From positions 372,001 to 436,000 of the forward strand of contig CDRNVI010000164.1 in NCBI GenBank assembly GCA_977017575.1: a stretch of 64,000 bases of DNA. Direction: 5' to 3'. The notes under the pieces were generated by a model. The model was given only the letters and a program-made list of their open reading frames with translations, was not told where the DNA came from and made no database searches. The translations under genes were made by a program, and so were the position numbers. Positions 10,242 to 23,673 of the stretch are shown here, piece by piece. This DNA is from Paramoeba atlantica (Eukaryota > Protista > Discosea). How positions within the stretch are numbered: the stretch's first letter is position 1; every line of letters begins with the position of its first letter.

Positions 10242-13200
10242 ATGGGTCAAAACCCTTGCAAACCTCTGGTTGAACATGGTGGGAGAATCTCTGAAGCTGA
10301 TTTAAAGGCCCTTGTTGAGCGTCATGATATTGGTCTCTTTTGTTTTTTCAAATCGATTTTTAGTGTGAATTTTGTCATTTTAAAAACAAAACAAACATTG
10401 CAGATAAGAAGGGGGCCTTAAGTCCAGAACAAACTGAAAAGTTTATCTCTGAATTAAGCAGTATTCTTGGTGTTGCATATGACAAACATAACACAGCTCG
10501 AATTGTAAATCGATGTGATACAAGTCTGTCTTTTCTTTGCAAAATCTCTTAACTCACACACCCGTTTTTAATGATCAAAACTTTCAGATGCAACTGGATT
10601 TTTGTCCCTCAAGTCATTTCAAAATTTGTTTGCTGAAGCAGTGAAGGAAGTTGAAAGGGCTGAACTTGCGAAAAAGGTCTATTTTCCATCCAAACTTCCT
10701 CTCTCTCTTAATTGATTTTCCTGAAAATGACTTTTTTTTTGTTGAAGGCTGCCGCTGAAGCAGAATCTGCAGAATCACAAGGACCATCTTCATCTTCTGT
10801 TGCATCGTCTTCATCAGCAGCATCAACACCAGAACATTCATCACCAGCTCCAAAAGCATCATCATCAGCAGCAGCAGCGAAACCTGCTCCAGCTGCGTAT
10901 GTTTCTTCTCAAGAACCAACCACCACACCAAAACAAAGACGGTATAATGAGGCGTTTGCTGGTTCGTCTAGAATTGATCGAGATGAAATTCAATTGGGTA
11001 AATTGATTGGGAAAGGAAACTTTGGGAAGGTGTATGCTGGGACTTGTCGTGGGACTGAGGTATTTTAGTTTTCTTTCTTTCTTTCTTTTGTGTGTTTTCT
11101 CTCCTTTCTTCTTTCGTTTTGTTTTTTCAAGGAATTAATATCTCCTTTTTTTTTTTTGAAAATTTAGGTTGCAATTAAGATCCCAAATGTAAGTTTGGGT
11201 GGTGTTAAATTTGACTTGTTGTTGAATGAACTTGAAGTGATGAAAAAAGCCAACTCCCCTTATGTTTGTATTTTTATGGGAGCTTGTCATGATCAGGTAA
11301 TTGAATAGTTCCATTTTTTTTATTATTGTTTCAAAAAAGTCCTCTCTCTCTTCTGACCTTTTTTCTTCTCAGAGCGAAGATAAAGTTTTGATTGTGATGG
11401 AAAAAATGTTTGGAGATGCTGAAAAAAGGTCAAAAGATAAAGATTTTACTCTTGTTGATCGTTTACATGCCATTTTACATGCTTGTAAGGTTCTTTTTTT
11501 TTTGGAGTTCTCTTCTCCAGATGGATTGGATTGAGAATTCTTCTTTTTCTTTTCTTTCTTCAGGGACAAGCTTGGCTTCACGAATCTTCATGTACTATTC
11601 TCCATCTTGATTTGAAGGTTCCTTCTCTCTCTTCTTTGTAAAACAATTCTCTCGTTTTTATTCTAACTTTTTGATTCAAAAGCCTTCAAATATCCTTTAT
11701 GATGAGAGAGGAGTTTTTAAAGTTTGCGATTTTGGACTTTCTACTGTCTTACCTGAGGGTGAACAAACTCTTTTTATGAGACGAATGCGGGGGACCCCCA
11801 TTTACATGGTTTTTTTCTTTTTTCCCTTGATAATAATTGATATATTTTTACGTTTTCTTTTTTCGTTTTTGGAAAAATTATTCATCATTATGATCACAGG
11901 CACCAGAAATTATGATTCCAGGGAAGCATCCAATTAGTCACAAAAGTGATACATACAGTATGGCGATCACTGCTTGGGAAATTTTGACTGGTCAAAACTG
12001 CTTCAAAGAATATAGGTCGAGTTTTTGATGATATTTCTCTCCTTTACAAGATTATGTAAGAGCAGATCTAATCTTGAAACAAATTTAGATCACTTCCACC
12101 ATTCAAAAGGGATGTCCATGGGAATAAAAAGCGTCCACCTTTGCCTGACAACTGGCCTGAAAGTCTTAAATCACTCCTTCGTGACATGTGGGATCCTAAT
12201 CCCAATGTGGTTTGTTTTCTCTCTTCTTTTTCTTTTTCTTTTTCTTTTCCGTTTAAACGTTGGACTAATTTCTTTTTTTATTATTTTAGCGTCCATCTTT
12301 TAAAGAAATGGTGGAGAGATTGAATGTTATTATTCCAGAGACAGAGGTCAAAGTTCATCAAGAAGCCCTTCGTGCGGCAATTCGTGATGACCAAGGTGCT
12401 GAGTGGTGGGAACAGCAGGTTATTTTGAAGAGAAAAAAGAATTTTTTTGGTCATTTTTGAGAGTCATTTTTTCTTGGTGTTGATTCTTTTTCTTTATTTT
12501 TTATAGTTTCCTGGAAAATTGAAAGTCCCATTGGATGAGTTTCTCCCTCGAATTATGGATGTGTTGCAAGTGGTCTCGCTTTTTTTGAAGATATTTGAAT
12601 CTTTTTAACTCTAATCTGTTATTTAACTTTTGTTTTTTGTTAGAACGAAGATTCTATCCCATCTGAATGGGCACATGCTCATTTGGAGGCTGTTTCAATC
12701 GATAATCTCAAAGGATTCGCAGAGAAAGGTTGCTGCTTTCTTATCATCTATTTTATTTTTTCTCTTTTTTTATTGAACGTTATTTTCTTTTGGTGATTGT
12801 CAAAATAGGTGCTCTCCAAAAGTCTGCTGTAGAAACTGAGCTTCATCGCCGAAATGAGTCAGGAGTCATCTGTGGTCCCAGGTTTTTAATTTCTTTGAGG
12901 GAATAGGATCAAATAAGAGAACCTTTCTCTCCTAATTCTTGTTTCCAGAGATCAAACAAAAGAGACTATCAGTATTTTAATTGGAACAACATTACATGGG
13001 GAAAAGGGTGTTGTTGAAGCAACACGATTTGGACAACTTCTTGCTTACTTTGGGCCTTTTGAACCTGCTCTTGCTACCAGAATGGAAGAACTTGCACGAC
13101 AAAATTATTTCCATGGATTTATGGATTCAAAACGTGCTGAAGGTTTTCTTTTTTCTTTTTTTCTTTCTTTTGGTTTCTTCAAGAATTTGTTTTCCAAGTC

Positions 13201-13729
13201 TTTCTTCTTTTGTAAGTCGTTAACTTTTTTGTATTTTTTAAAATAGCTTTGGTGATCAATGCTCCAAAAGGGACCTTTCTTGCTCGTTTGAGTAATAACC
13301 GCTGGGGTCAAGTATGTTTTTAATTCTTCTCTGTCTTGAGAATTTTTTCTTTTTCTTTTCTTGGATGATTTCCCCCATTTTAACTCAATTTATGAAAGGT
13401 AATTATCACAATTAAGGGAGATAGCTTGAAGCACTTGATTGTCCAGAATGTGGATCGTAAGTTTAGATACAAGACAAAAGAAGACAGGTTCTGGAGTTCA
13501 GTTCCTGCTTTGATTGAAGATCATCAAGCTCTGGTTTGCAATTTTTTCTCTCTCCCCTTGTTCATCACATAAAAAAAATCTTTTCTCTTTTATTTTATTC
13601 TTTTCTCTTTTCATCTGATCATTTGTTTTGCAGTTGGACTTGAGATATCCAGAAGAGTCTGGGCCATTCCGTAAAGTTTATGAAGCAGTTCAGATCGGTG
13701 GGTATGATGAAGGAGATTTTGAAGATTAA
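10242..13729 (+). CDS. TKL kinase with C-terminal SH2 (SHK-like) and N-terminal EF-hand-like pair
   Basis: MGQNPCK start; DIDKKGALS and DTNATGFLS loops; GKGNFGKVY, VAIK, HLDLKPSN, DFG, GTPIYMAPE; C-terminal YFHGF..AE..L..GTFLARLS SH2 signature; stop at 13727-13729. Confidence 0.85.
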
Positions 13730-13995
13730 AAAGAAAAGAACTCTTTTTTTTTTTTTCTTTTGTGGCTCTTCCCAAAAGAAAAATAAGAAATAATGGATGG
13801 AAACATTCACCAAAAAATGAAATTTTCAAAAAAAAAAAAACGAGAAAGCAGAAATTCATTCAAAAAGGGAAAAGTTACCCTTTTTGAACTCCTTTCAGTG
13901 AATTTGGCTCAAATTTCGTTTTTTTGTGTTTCGGTTTTGTTTTGTGTTTTCCTCTGCTTTCTGATAGAAAAAACTGTTTATGATCTTTGACTCAA

Positions 13996-14709
13996 ATGAG
14001 CTCGTTTAAGCTTCGTGTTCGACAAAAAATTGGAGCTTTGGGAGATGAAGGAAACTTCATTCGCGAAGTTCTCTCCAAGTGGAGGGCTGTTGGCAGTGTT
14101 GGCGCACAATACAACCATTGGAGAGGCTGTATGTGTAGCCAAGACCGGAATTACGAGGACGCACTTGTTTGGTTTGAACGAGGTGCTGAAGGAGGAAATC
14201 GATATTCTCAATATCAATTAGGGTGGCATTATGCGAAGGGGCATGGAGTTGAAAAAGATGAGACTGAAGCTGCGAAATGGTATGAGTCGAGTGCTGAAGG
14301 GAGAAGAGGATTTTCCCACGCACAAAATAACTTGGGTTTGATGTATGAATTTGGGAAAGGAGGCCTCCCAATTGATCGAGGAAAAGCAGTGGAGTTATAT
14401 CGAATGAGCGCCAACGAACACAATCCTACTGCTGAAGCCAATTTGGGAAGAATGTATCAAATGGGACGTGGGGGACTGGAAAGAAATTTAAGAGAAGCTG
14501 AGAAGTGGTACAAGAAATCTGCTCTCCATGGAAGTAAATTTGGTCAATATCATCTCGCATATTTGTATGAATATGGAGGAGAAGAGTTTCATGACCGACA
14601 GAAAGCGTTGGACTGGTTTCGACTGAGTGCTTCACAAGGTAATATTCGGGCACAACAAATGCTCCGTTATTTCTCTGGAAAGGGATATCATGATGAAAAT
14701 GGAAACTAA
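13996..14709 (+). CDS. Sel1-like repeat (SLR) protein, tandem copy 1, intronless
   Basis: Repeats of the type AQNNLGLMYEFGKGGLPIDRGKAVELYRMSA; in-frame ATG at 13996. Confidence 0.9.
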   Translation: MSSFKLRVRQKIGALGDEGNFIREVLSKWRAVGSVGAQYNHWRGCMCSQDRNYEDALVWFERGAEGGNRYSQYQLGWHYAKGHGVEKDETEAAKWYESSAEGRRGFSHAQNNLGLMYEFGKGGLPIDRGKAVELYRMSANEHNPTAEANLGRMYQMGRGGLERNLREAEKWYKKSALHGSKFGQYHLAYLYEYGGEEFHDRQKALDWFRLSASQGNIRAQQMLRYFSGKGYHDENGN

Positions 14710-14965
14710 GGAACAATCCTCTTCTTACCCTCTTTTTTGTTCGAACCTGACCTTTTTTTAACTTGTTTTTGAGTTTAGATTTTCACCACTCCCAACAAAA
14801 CACCAAAAAATTGAGGAGACAAAATGAAATTGATACCATTTTATTTGGTGCACTAAAATAAGAGGGGGTACCTCTTCTTTCTTGGTTCATTTTCACTGAA
14901 TTGGATTTGGCGTTTCACTTTTTTGTGTTTCTTCCTCTTTCCGATTCTATTTTTGATGATCAGAA

Positions 14966-15679
14966 ATGAGTTCGTTTAAGCTTCGTGTTCGACAAAAAAT
15001 TGGAGCTTTGGGAGAAGATGGAAACTTCACTCTCGAAATTCTCTCCAAGTTGAAGGCCGTTGGCAGTGTTGGCGCCTTATACAATCATTGGAGAGGCTGT
15101 CTCTGTCATTCTCTCCAGAATCACGAGGAAGCAGTTGTTTGGTTTGAACGAGGTGCTGAAGGAGGAAATCGATATTCTCAATATAATTTAGGGTGTATCT
15201 ATACTTTCGGACAGGGAGTTGAAAAAGATGAGACTGAAGCTGCGAAATGGTATGAGTTGAGTGCCGAGGGGAGAAGAGGATTTTCCCACGCACAAAACAA
15301 TTTGGGTTTGATGTATGAACAGGGGCAAGGAGGCCTCCCAATTGATCGAGAAAAAGCAGTGGAATTATATCGAATGAGCGCCAACGAACACAATTCTGCT
15401 GCTGAAGCCAATTTGGGAAGAATGTATCATCTGGGACAAGGGGGACTGGAAAGAAATTTAAGAGAAGCTGAGAAGTGGTACAAGAAATCTGCTCTCCATG
15501 GAAGTAAATGTGGTCAATATTCCCTTGCATGTTTGTATGAATATGGAGGAGAAGAGGTTCATGACCATCAGAAAGCGTTGGACTGGTTTCGACTGAGTGC
15601 TTCACAAGGTCATCTTCAAGCACAACAAATGCTCCGTTATTTCTCTGGAAAGGGATATCATGATGAAAATGGAAACTAA
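14966..15679 (+). CDS. Sel1-like repeat protein, tandem copy 2
   Basis: 237-aa ORF colinear with copy 1; flanks are also duplicated. Confidence 0.9.
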   Translation: MSSFKLRVRQKIGALGEDGNFTLEILSKLKAVGSVGALYNHWRGCLCHSLQNHEEAVVWFERGAEGGNRYSQYNLGCIYTFGQGVEKDETEAAKWYELSAEGRRGFSHAQNNLGLMYEQGQGGLPIDREKAVELYRMSANEHNSAAEANLGRMYHLGQGGLERNLREAEKWYKKSALHGSKCGQYSLACLYEYGGEEVHDHQKALDWFRLSASQGHLQAQQMLRYFSGKGYHDENGN

Positions 15680-15907
15680 GGAACAATCCCCTTCTTTTTT
15701 ATTTCGAACTTGACCTTTTTTAACTTGTTTTTGAGTTTGGATTTTCACCCCACGCAACAAACCAAAATGAAATTGATACCATTTTATTTAGTGCACTAAA
15801 ATAAGAGGCACCTCTTCTTTCTTGATTCATTTTCACTGAATTGGATTTGACTCATTTCACTTTTTTGTGTTTCTTCCTCTTTCCGATTCTATTTTCGATT
15901 ATCAGAA

Positions 15908-16621
15908 ATGAGTTCGTTTAAGTTTCGTGTTCGACAAAAAATTGGAGCTTTGGGAGATGAAGGAAACTTCACTCGTGAAGTTCTCTCCAAGTGGAGGGCT
16001 CTTGGCGGTGTGAGCGCACAATACAACCATTGGCGAGGCTGTATGTGTAGCCAAGACCGGAATTACGAGGACGCACTTGTTTGGTTTGAACGAGGTGCTG
16101 AAGGAGGAAATCGATATTCTCAATATCAATTAGGGTGGCAATATGCGAAGGGACATGGAGTTGAAAAAGATGAGACTGAAGCCGCGAAATGGTATGAGTT
16201 GAGTTCTGAAGGGAGAAGAGGATCTTCATATGCACAAAATAACTTGGCTTTGATGTATGAGTATGGGAAAGGAGGCCTCCCAATTGATCGAGAAAAAGCA
16301 GTTGAGTTATATCGAATGAGCGCCAACGAACACAATCCTGCTGCTGAAGCCAATTTGGGAAGAATGTATGAAAGGGGACAAGGGGGACTGGAAAGAAATT
16401 TAAGAGAAGCTGAGAAGTGGTACAAGAGAGCTGCTCTCCATGGAAGTAAATTTGGTCAGTATTACCTTGCATATTTGTATGAATATGGAGGAGAAGAGGT
16501 TCATGACCATCAGAAAGCGTTGGACTGGTTTCGAATGAGTGCTTCACAAGGTCATCTTCAAACACAACAAATGCTCTGTTATTTCTCTGGAAAGATATAT
16601 CATGATGAAAATGGTAACTAA
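15908..16621 (+). CDS. Sel1-like repeat protein, tandem copy 3
   Basis: 237-aa ORF colinear with copies 1 and 2. Confidence 0.9.
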   Translation: MSSFKFRVRQKIGALGDEGNFTREVLSKWRALGGVSAQYNHWRGCMCSQDRNYEDALVWFERGAEGGNRYSQYQLGWQYAKGHGVEKDETEAAKWYELSSEGRRGSSYAQNNLALMYEYGKGGLPIDREKAVELYRMSANEHNPAAEANLGRMYERGQGGLERNLREAEKWYKRAALHGSKFGQYYLAYLYEYGGEEVHDHQKALDWFRMSASQGHLQTQQMLCYFSGKIYHDENGN

Positions 16622-16799
16622 GGAACAATCCTCTTCTTTTATGTCTCAAAACTGACCTTTTTTAACTTGTTTTTTTTGATATTTTGAAAAATGAAAAATA
16701 GTTTTCTGTTTTCATTTGTCTTGATGAAGGATCGTTCAGGTTTTTATTTCTCTTTTTCTCTCATAATGGAGAACTACACTTGTTTTGTCAACCCTGTTG

Positions 16800-18946
16800 T
16801 TAAAGTTTTGAGGAAATCTTGGATCTTCTATTTTCTTGTATTGCGTTCTGATGATCAGATTCTACAATCATCCCTGCAAAGTGGCAAATCAATTTTGGAG
16901 TTTACTCCAAAAGAGTAAAAGAAAAGAAAAGATTACCAATACACTCAACACAAGGTTGCCCTTTATGAGCAGGTGTCAGAATAGGGATTGTCTCTTTTGC
17001 AATCAACACATCATGACTTGTGAAATCCTTTTTAAAAAACCATTCCAAAATCAAGAAGAGAAATGAAAAAGAAAAGAACCTGGTGAAAGAATTGAGTGAA
17101 AAAGCGAGCCTCCTCCATTCCAAACTTTGTAAATTTTGTAATGATTCGACATCTTTTGAAGAAGAAGATCAGACCCCAGAAAAAAGAAGAGAGAGAGAGA
17201 GAGAGAAAGAGAACCCAACACCATTGTTGTTTCTGGAAATTCAGAACTAATACAGGTTTTTCGATACTGAAACTTCTCCAACCTCTTTGTTTTCTGAGAA
17301 AAGAACAATAATTATTATTCCAAAGAAAAGAAAACGAAATACTTCTAAAAGAAAAAGAAGGAACCATTGAAGGTAAAAGTTGCCAATGTTCATTTCCAGA
17401 AACAGTGAATTTACTCATCCCCACTAGGAAACCATGTTCATGAGTTTGCTTATCTTGAAACAAAACCAATCTGAAAGAGAAAGAGAAAGAGAAGGTTTAC
17501 CAATAGAGCCAAGATTCTTACTAAGTTCATCCTCAAATCCTGCAAAAAAAAATCAGTTAATCCTTTTAAATTTCATTCTTTTCTGTTTCTTCAACACTCT
17601 TTCCACTCTCTCCAATAATAATAAGAAAAAACCATCTTTCACAGAGATTTTGTTGTCTAATTTGTAATCTCCCATCTTATAAAAAGGGTTCGAAAAAGTG
17701 AGAAGAGAAGAACAAAAAGGAACCTGCAAAGAAAAATAAGAAAGAGAAGAAAAGAAAGAAAAGAACAGAATTGAAAGATCAAAAAAAAGAATCACTTACC
17801 AACATATCCCAACGAACCGCGGCAATCGCAGTTCGAGAACGAAAGAGAGAAAGAGCTTTATAAAAGAAGGATTGTGGGAGAGTCATTCGATACAGAAGTG
17901 GTAATCCTTTGTGGTGCAGATATTGGTACTCCTCCGCAAACATTGGGGAAGAAGAAGAAAGAGGAGAGAAAGGAGAAGGCTCAGTGGCATCTTCGTACAA
18001 GAGCTTTTTCGATCAAAAACAAAATACATAAATTGTTAAATAAGACAACAAAAACAAAAAAGAAAAACGAAAAAGAAAAAGAGAAACCTGATCCATTGTA
18101 TTTCCAGGCCACCAGGCATGAGAAATATCTTCAATAAATTCATATTGCATTTCTCGAATTTGAGGCCTCAGTTTTTTCTTACTTCCGAGGTGTGGAGTTG
18201 CTGCAAAATTCATCAACTTGATTTTTAAATAATTTCAGAAATGATGAATAATTAAATAAATATCAAACCGATTGTGAGGAAAGAAACAGGTTCGAGAATT
18301 GAATCAAATAATCCTCTGATTTGTTCAGATAAGAAACAAAAAAAGAAAAAGAAAGAAAAAAGAAAAAAAAGAATATTCAATAAAAGACCTTCGATATAAT
18401 TCCCCCATACAATAACGACCATACAATCCTCCCAAAGAGTGGCCAATAAAAGAAAAGAGAAACTTTCTCCCATCTACACATAAAAAATGAAGCTCAAAAA
18501 AAAAATCGAAAATTTTTCAACAAGAAAAAGAATTTTTTGAACAAGAAAAGATTTTTTGAACAAGAAAAAGAATTTTTTGAAACCATAATTTGGGGAAGTA
18601 ATGGCTTGATTAACAACAGATTCAATCTCATCTGCAATTCTGAGACCTCCAATGTCAATCCCATCCCCTGATGCTCCAATATTTACCTTTTTTTGGGGGG
18701 GAAAGAATGTTGAATATTTCTTTCTTTTCAAAAAATAAAGAAGGAGAAGAAGAAAGAAGAGGGAGGTAGAAAAGAAAGAAAAAACCTGGGTGGAGATAAT
18801 TTTGGCATTTTTGAAGATTTCCTTTTTCCTCAAAGCTTCAACGATGAAATCTGAAAAAGAAAGAAAGAAATCATTTCAAAAGAACATTCATTAAATCTAG
18901 ATTCTTCATCTTTTTGATTAAGACTTTCATCTTGAATGGATTTCAT
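16800..18946 (-). CDS. Hypothetical multi-exon protein, boundaries uncertain
   Basis: Alternating coding-like blocks (VNIGASGDGIDIGGLRIADEIESV, QIREMQYEFIEDISHAWWPG, YQYLHHKGLPLLYRM, DFTSHDVLIAKETIPIL) and GT..T-rich..AG introns. No family recognised. Confidence 0.45.
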
Positions 18947-19477
18947 TCCCACTTTTCTTTTCTTTTCTTTTTCTCAAATCTTCGAAAGAACATTGGGGGT
19001 TTCCCTCTCTTCCTCTCTTTTCTTTTTCAATTTCACTTCAACATTTTCTTTTTGCCTTTTTCTCCCAACCTCAAGATTTCTAATTTCCCAAAAAACTCTG
19101 AAAAAAATAGAAAAAAAAACAATAAAAAAACAAACCCATATCACAAAGGCTTCCAAAAGGGGATTCTACGCCTGTTCAACCAAAATGTTTGTTTTCATCC
19201 CCCCCAAAAAAAGAGAACAAAAAAAAGAGAACCATGAGAAAGAACAACAAAATGACTTCTCTCCATTGTCCAACCCTCCACCTTCCTTCCTTCCTTTTTC
19301 AAGAAGAAGAAGAAAGAAAAGAAAGAAGAAAGAGAAACAAAAAAGAGAAATTTTCCAACCCATTTTTTGCCCTTTTTTCGACTTTTCGGAAGTTTCGAAT
19401 TTTTGTTTTCGGTTTTCGGTTTCGGTTCTTTTGGTTCAGGGTTAAAGACACAGATTGATTGTTTGGAATTCATCAAC

Positions 19478-20544
19478 ATGAGCCACAGATATCATGAAAG
19501 AGTTGCTGCTTCCACAGAGTACAGTCATGTTCCTGACGCTGTGAAGAGAGGTTTCTCTTTTTTTTTTTGCTGTTGTTCTTTCTTTTTGTTGGGATTACAC
19601 AGAATGTCATTTCTTTTTGACTCTTTTTATTGACTCCTTCTTTTCAATCTAGGAGGAAATGTTGTGCTGAAGACAAGTTTAGGTGAAGTTGAAGTTGAAT
19701 TATACTGGGATCATGCTCCAAACACCTGTTACAATATTTACGAATTAGCCCGAAGAGGATATTACAATGGTACAATTTTTCACAGAATTATCCAAGATTT
19801 TATGATTCAGGTTTCCTTCCTTTCTTCTTTCAATGGATATCCCTTTTCTCTTTCTTTGCACACCTTTTCTTTTGTTTTCTGAACATGTTTTTTTTGGAGG
19901 GAGGAGACCCAACTGGAAGTGGGAGAGGAGGAGAATCGATTTTTGGTGGAAAATTTAAGGATGAAATCACTCGTGAATTAAAACACACAGGAGCTGGGGT
20001 GTTGTCTATGGCCAACTCTGGGCCACATACCAACGGTTTGTCACTTTTTCCACTTTTTTCGAAATTCGAAACTTTTCTTGCTTGCCTATTTTCTTTCTTA
20101 AGAAACCAAGAAAAACGAACAAACACAAGAGAAGTCGGAATGGTCGAGTGGTCTAAGACGTACTTTTTTTTGTGACTAGAAATCACATCCTGGAAACGGG
20201 GCGTAGGTTCAAATCCTGCTTCCGACGAATTTTTTTTTTTTGCCTTTTTTTGTTTTTTTTTTGCTTTTTTTTTTTTTCTGACATTTCACACAGGAAGTCA
20301 ATTTTTTATTACACTTGCTCCGACTCCTTGGCTTGATGGAAAACATACAATTTTTGGACGAGTGAAAAGAGGAATGAAGGTGATTCAGAGAATCGGAAAT
20401 GTTTCTACTGCTGCAAATAATAGGTCTGTGTGCAAAGCCTCTTTTCTTTTTTTTTTTTCTTGTTCTGACATTTTCCCACAAACAGGCCGACACAAGATGT
20501 TGTTATTTTATCAGCTTCATGCATTCCTTCGAAATAAAATTTGA
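19478..20544 (+). CDS. PPIL1: Cyclophilin-type peptidyl-prolyl isomerase, PPIL1-like, 5 exons
   Basis: [87 protein letters not shown]. Confidence 0.9.
20134..20227 (+). tRNA. tRNA-Ser(AGA) with a 10-nt insertion (20161-20170) between positions 26 and 27, inside PPIL1 intron 20036..20293
   Basis: GTCGGAA TG GTC GAGTGGTCTAA GAC G [TACTTTTTTT] TGTGA CTAGAAA TCACA T CCTG GAAA CGGG GC GTAGG TTCAAAT CCTGC TTCCGAC G. All stems pair, with a long variable arm and G73. Function is uncertain because of the insert. Confidence 0.75.
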
Positions 20545-20585
20545 AAGGAAAGAAAAATAATTCAGATTTTTTTATTGATCAGATT

Positions 20586-20643
20586 CACAAAGCACATCAG
20601 CCAAAACCCTCCATATTTTGAGCCTTCGCTTCATCTCGCTGTG
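20586..20643 (-). promoter_or_regulatory. Eukaryotic SECIS element in the thioredoxin reductase 3' UTR
   Basis: Sense reads cacagcgag-ATGAA-gcgaaggctc-AAAAtatgga-gggttttggc-TGAT-gtgctttgtg: AUGA/GA core, 10-bp helix, apical AAA and a lower helix, 85 nt after the stop. Confidence 0.9.
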
Positions 20644-20727
20644 TGTTTTTCTTCTCAATTCGAAAGTAAGGAAAAAGAAGTTTCTTTTACCAAAATTCGG
20701 CCCGCGTTAAACAAGAAACGCAGGCCT

Positions 20728-23286
<2,559 letters not shown>

Positions 23287-23673
23287 TTTGTTCTCTCCAA
23301 AAAGTTCCTCAAGACCAGCAACGGCCGAAAACGAAGAAGAAAACCGAAATAAACAACCCCCAAAAGCTTTTGTCTTTTGACCCCCCAAGACAATAGAAGA
23401 AGAAAAACCAAAAAAACGAGAAAACCCCAAAATTTTGGTTCTCTCTTTTCGCCTTCCAAGAAAGAGAAAGAAAAGAAAAAGGGGAGAAAACGAACAAGAA
23501 AGAAAAAGCGAGAGAAAATTTGCGCGGAACAATACAAATCCTTTTTTGGTAAAGAACAAAAATGATAAACCCGTAAAAAAATTCCTTTTTTAGATTTGGA
23601 ATTTTTTTTTGTTTTTGAAAAGGACGCTTTTTCTCTCTTCTTTTTTCTTCTCTTTGTTGTCTTGGAATGACCA

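Noticed and set aside
14015-16649. Long antisense ORFs over the Sel1 genes, and similar ones over LctP, the TRIM genes and the giant protein
   Set aside because: These are shadows of the real coding strand's codon bias, with no recognisable domains.
20160-20179. GTACTTTTTTTTGTGACTAG as a 20-nt GT-AG mini-intron explaining the tRNA-Ser insert
   Set aside because: Removing it deletes half the anticodon stem and loop, so it cannot restore the tRNA.
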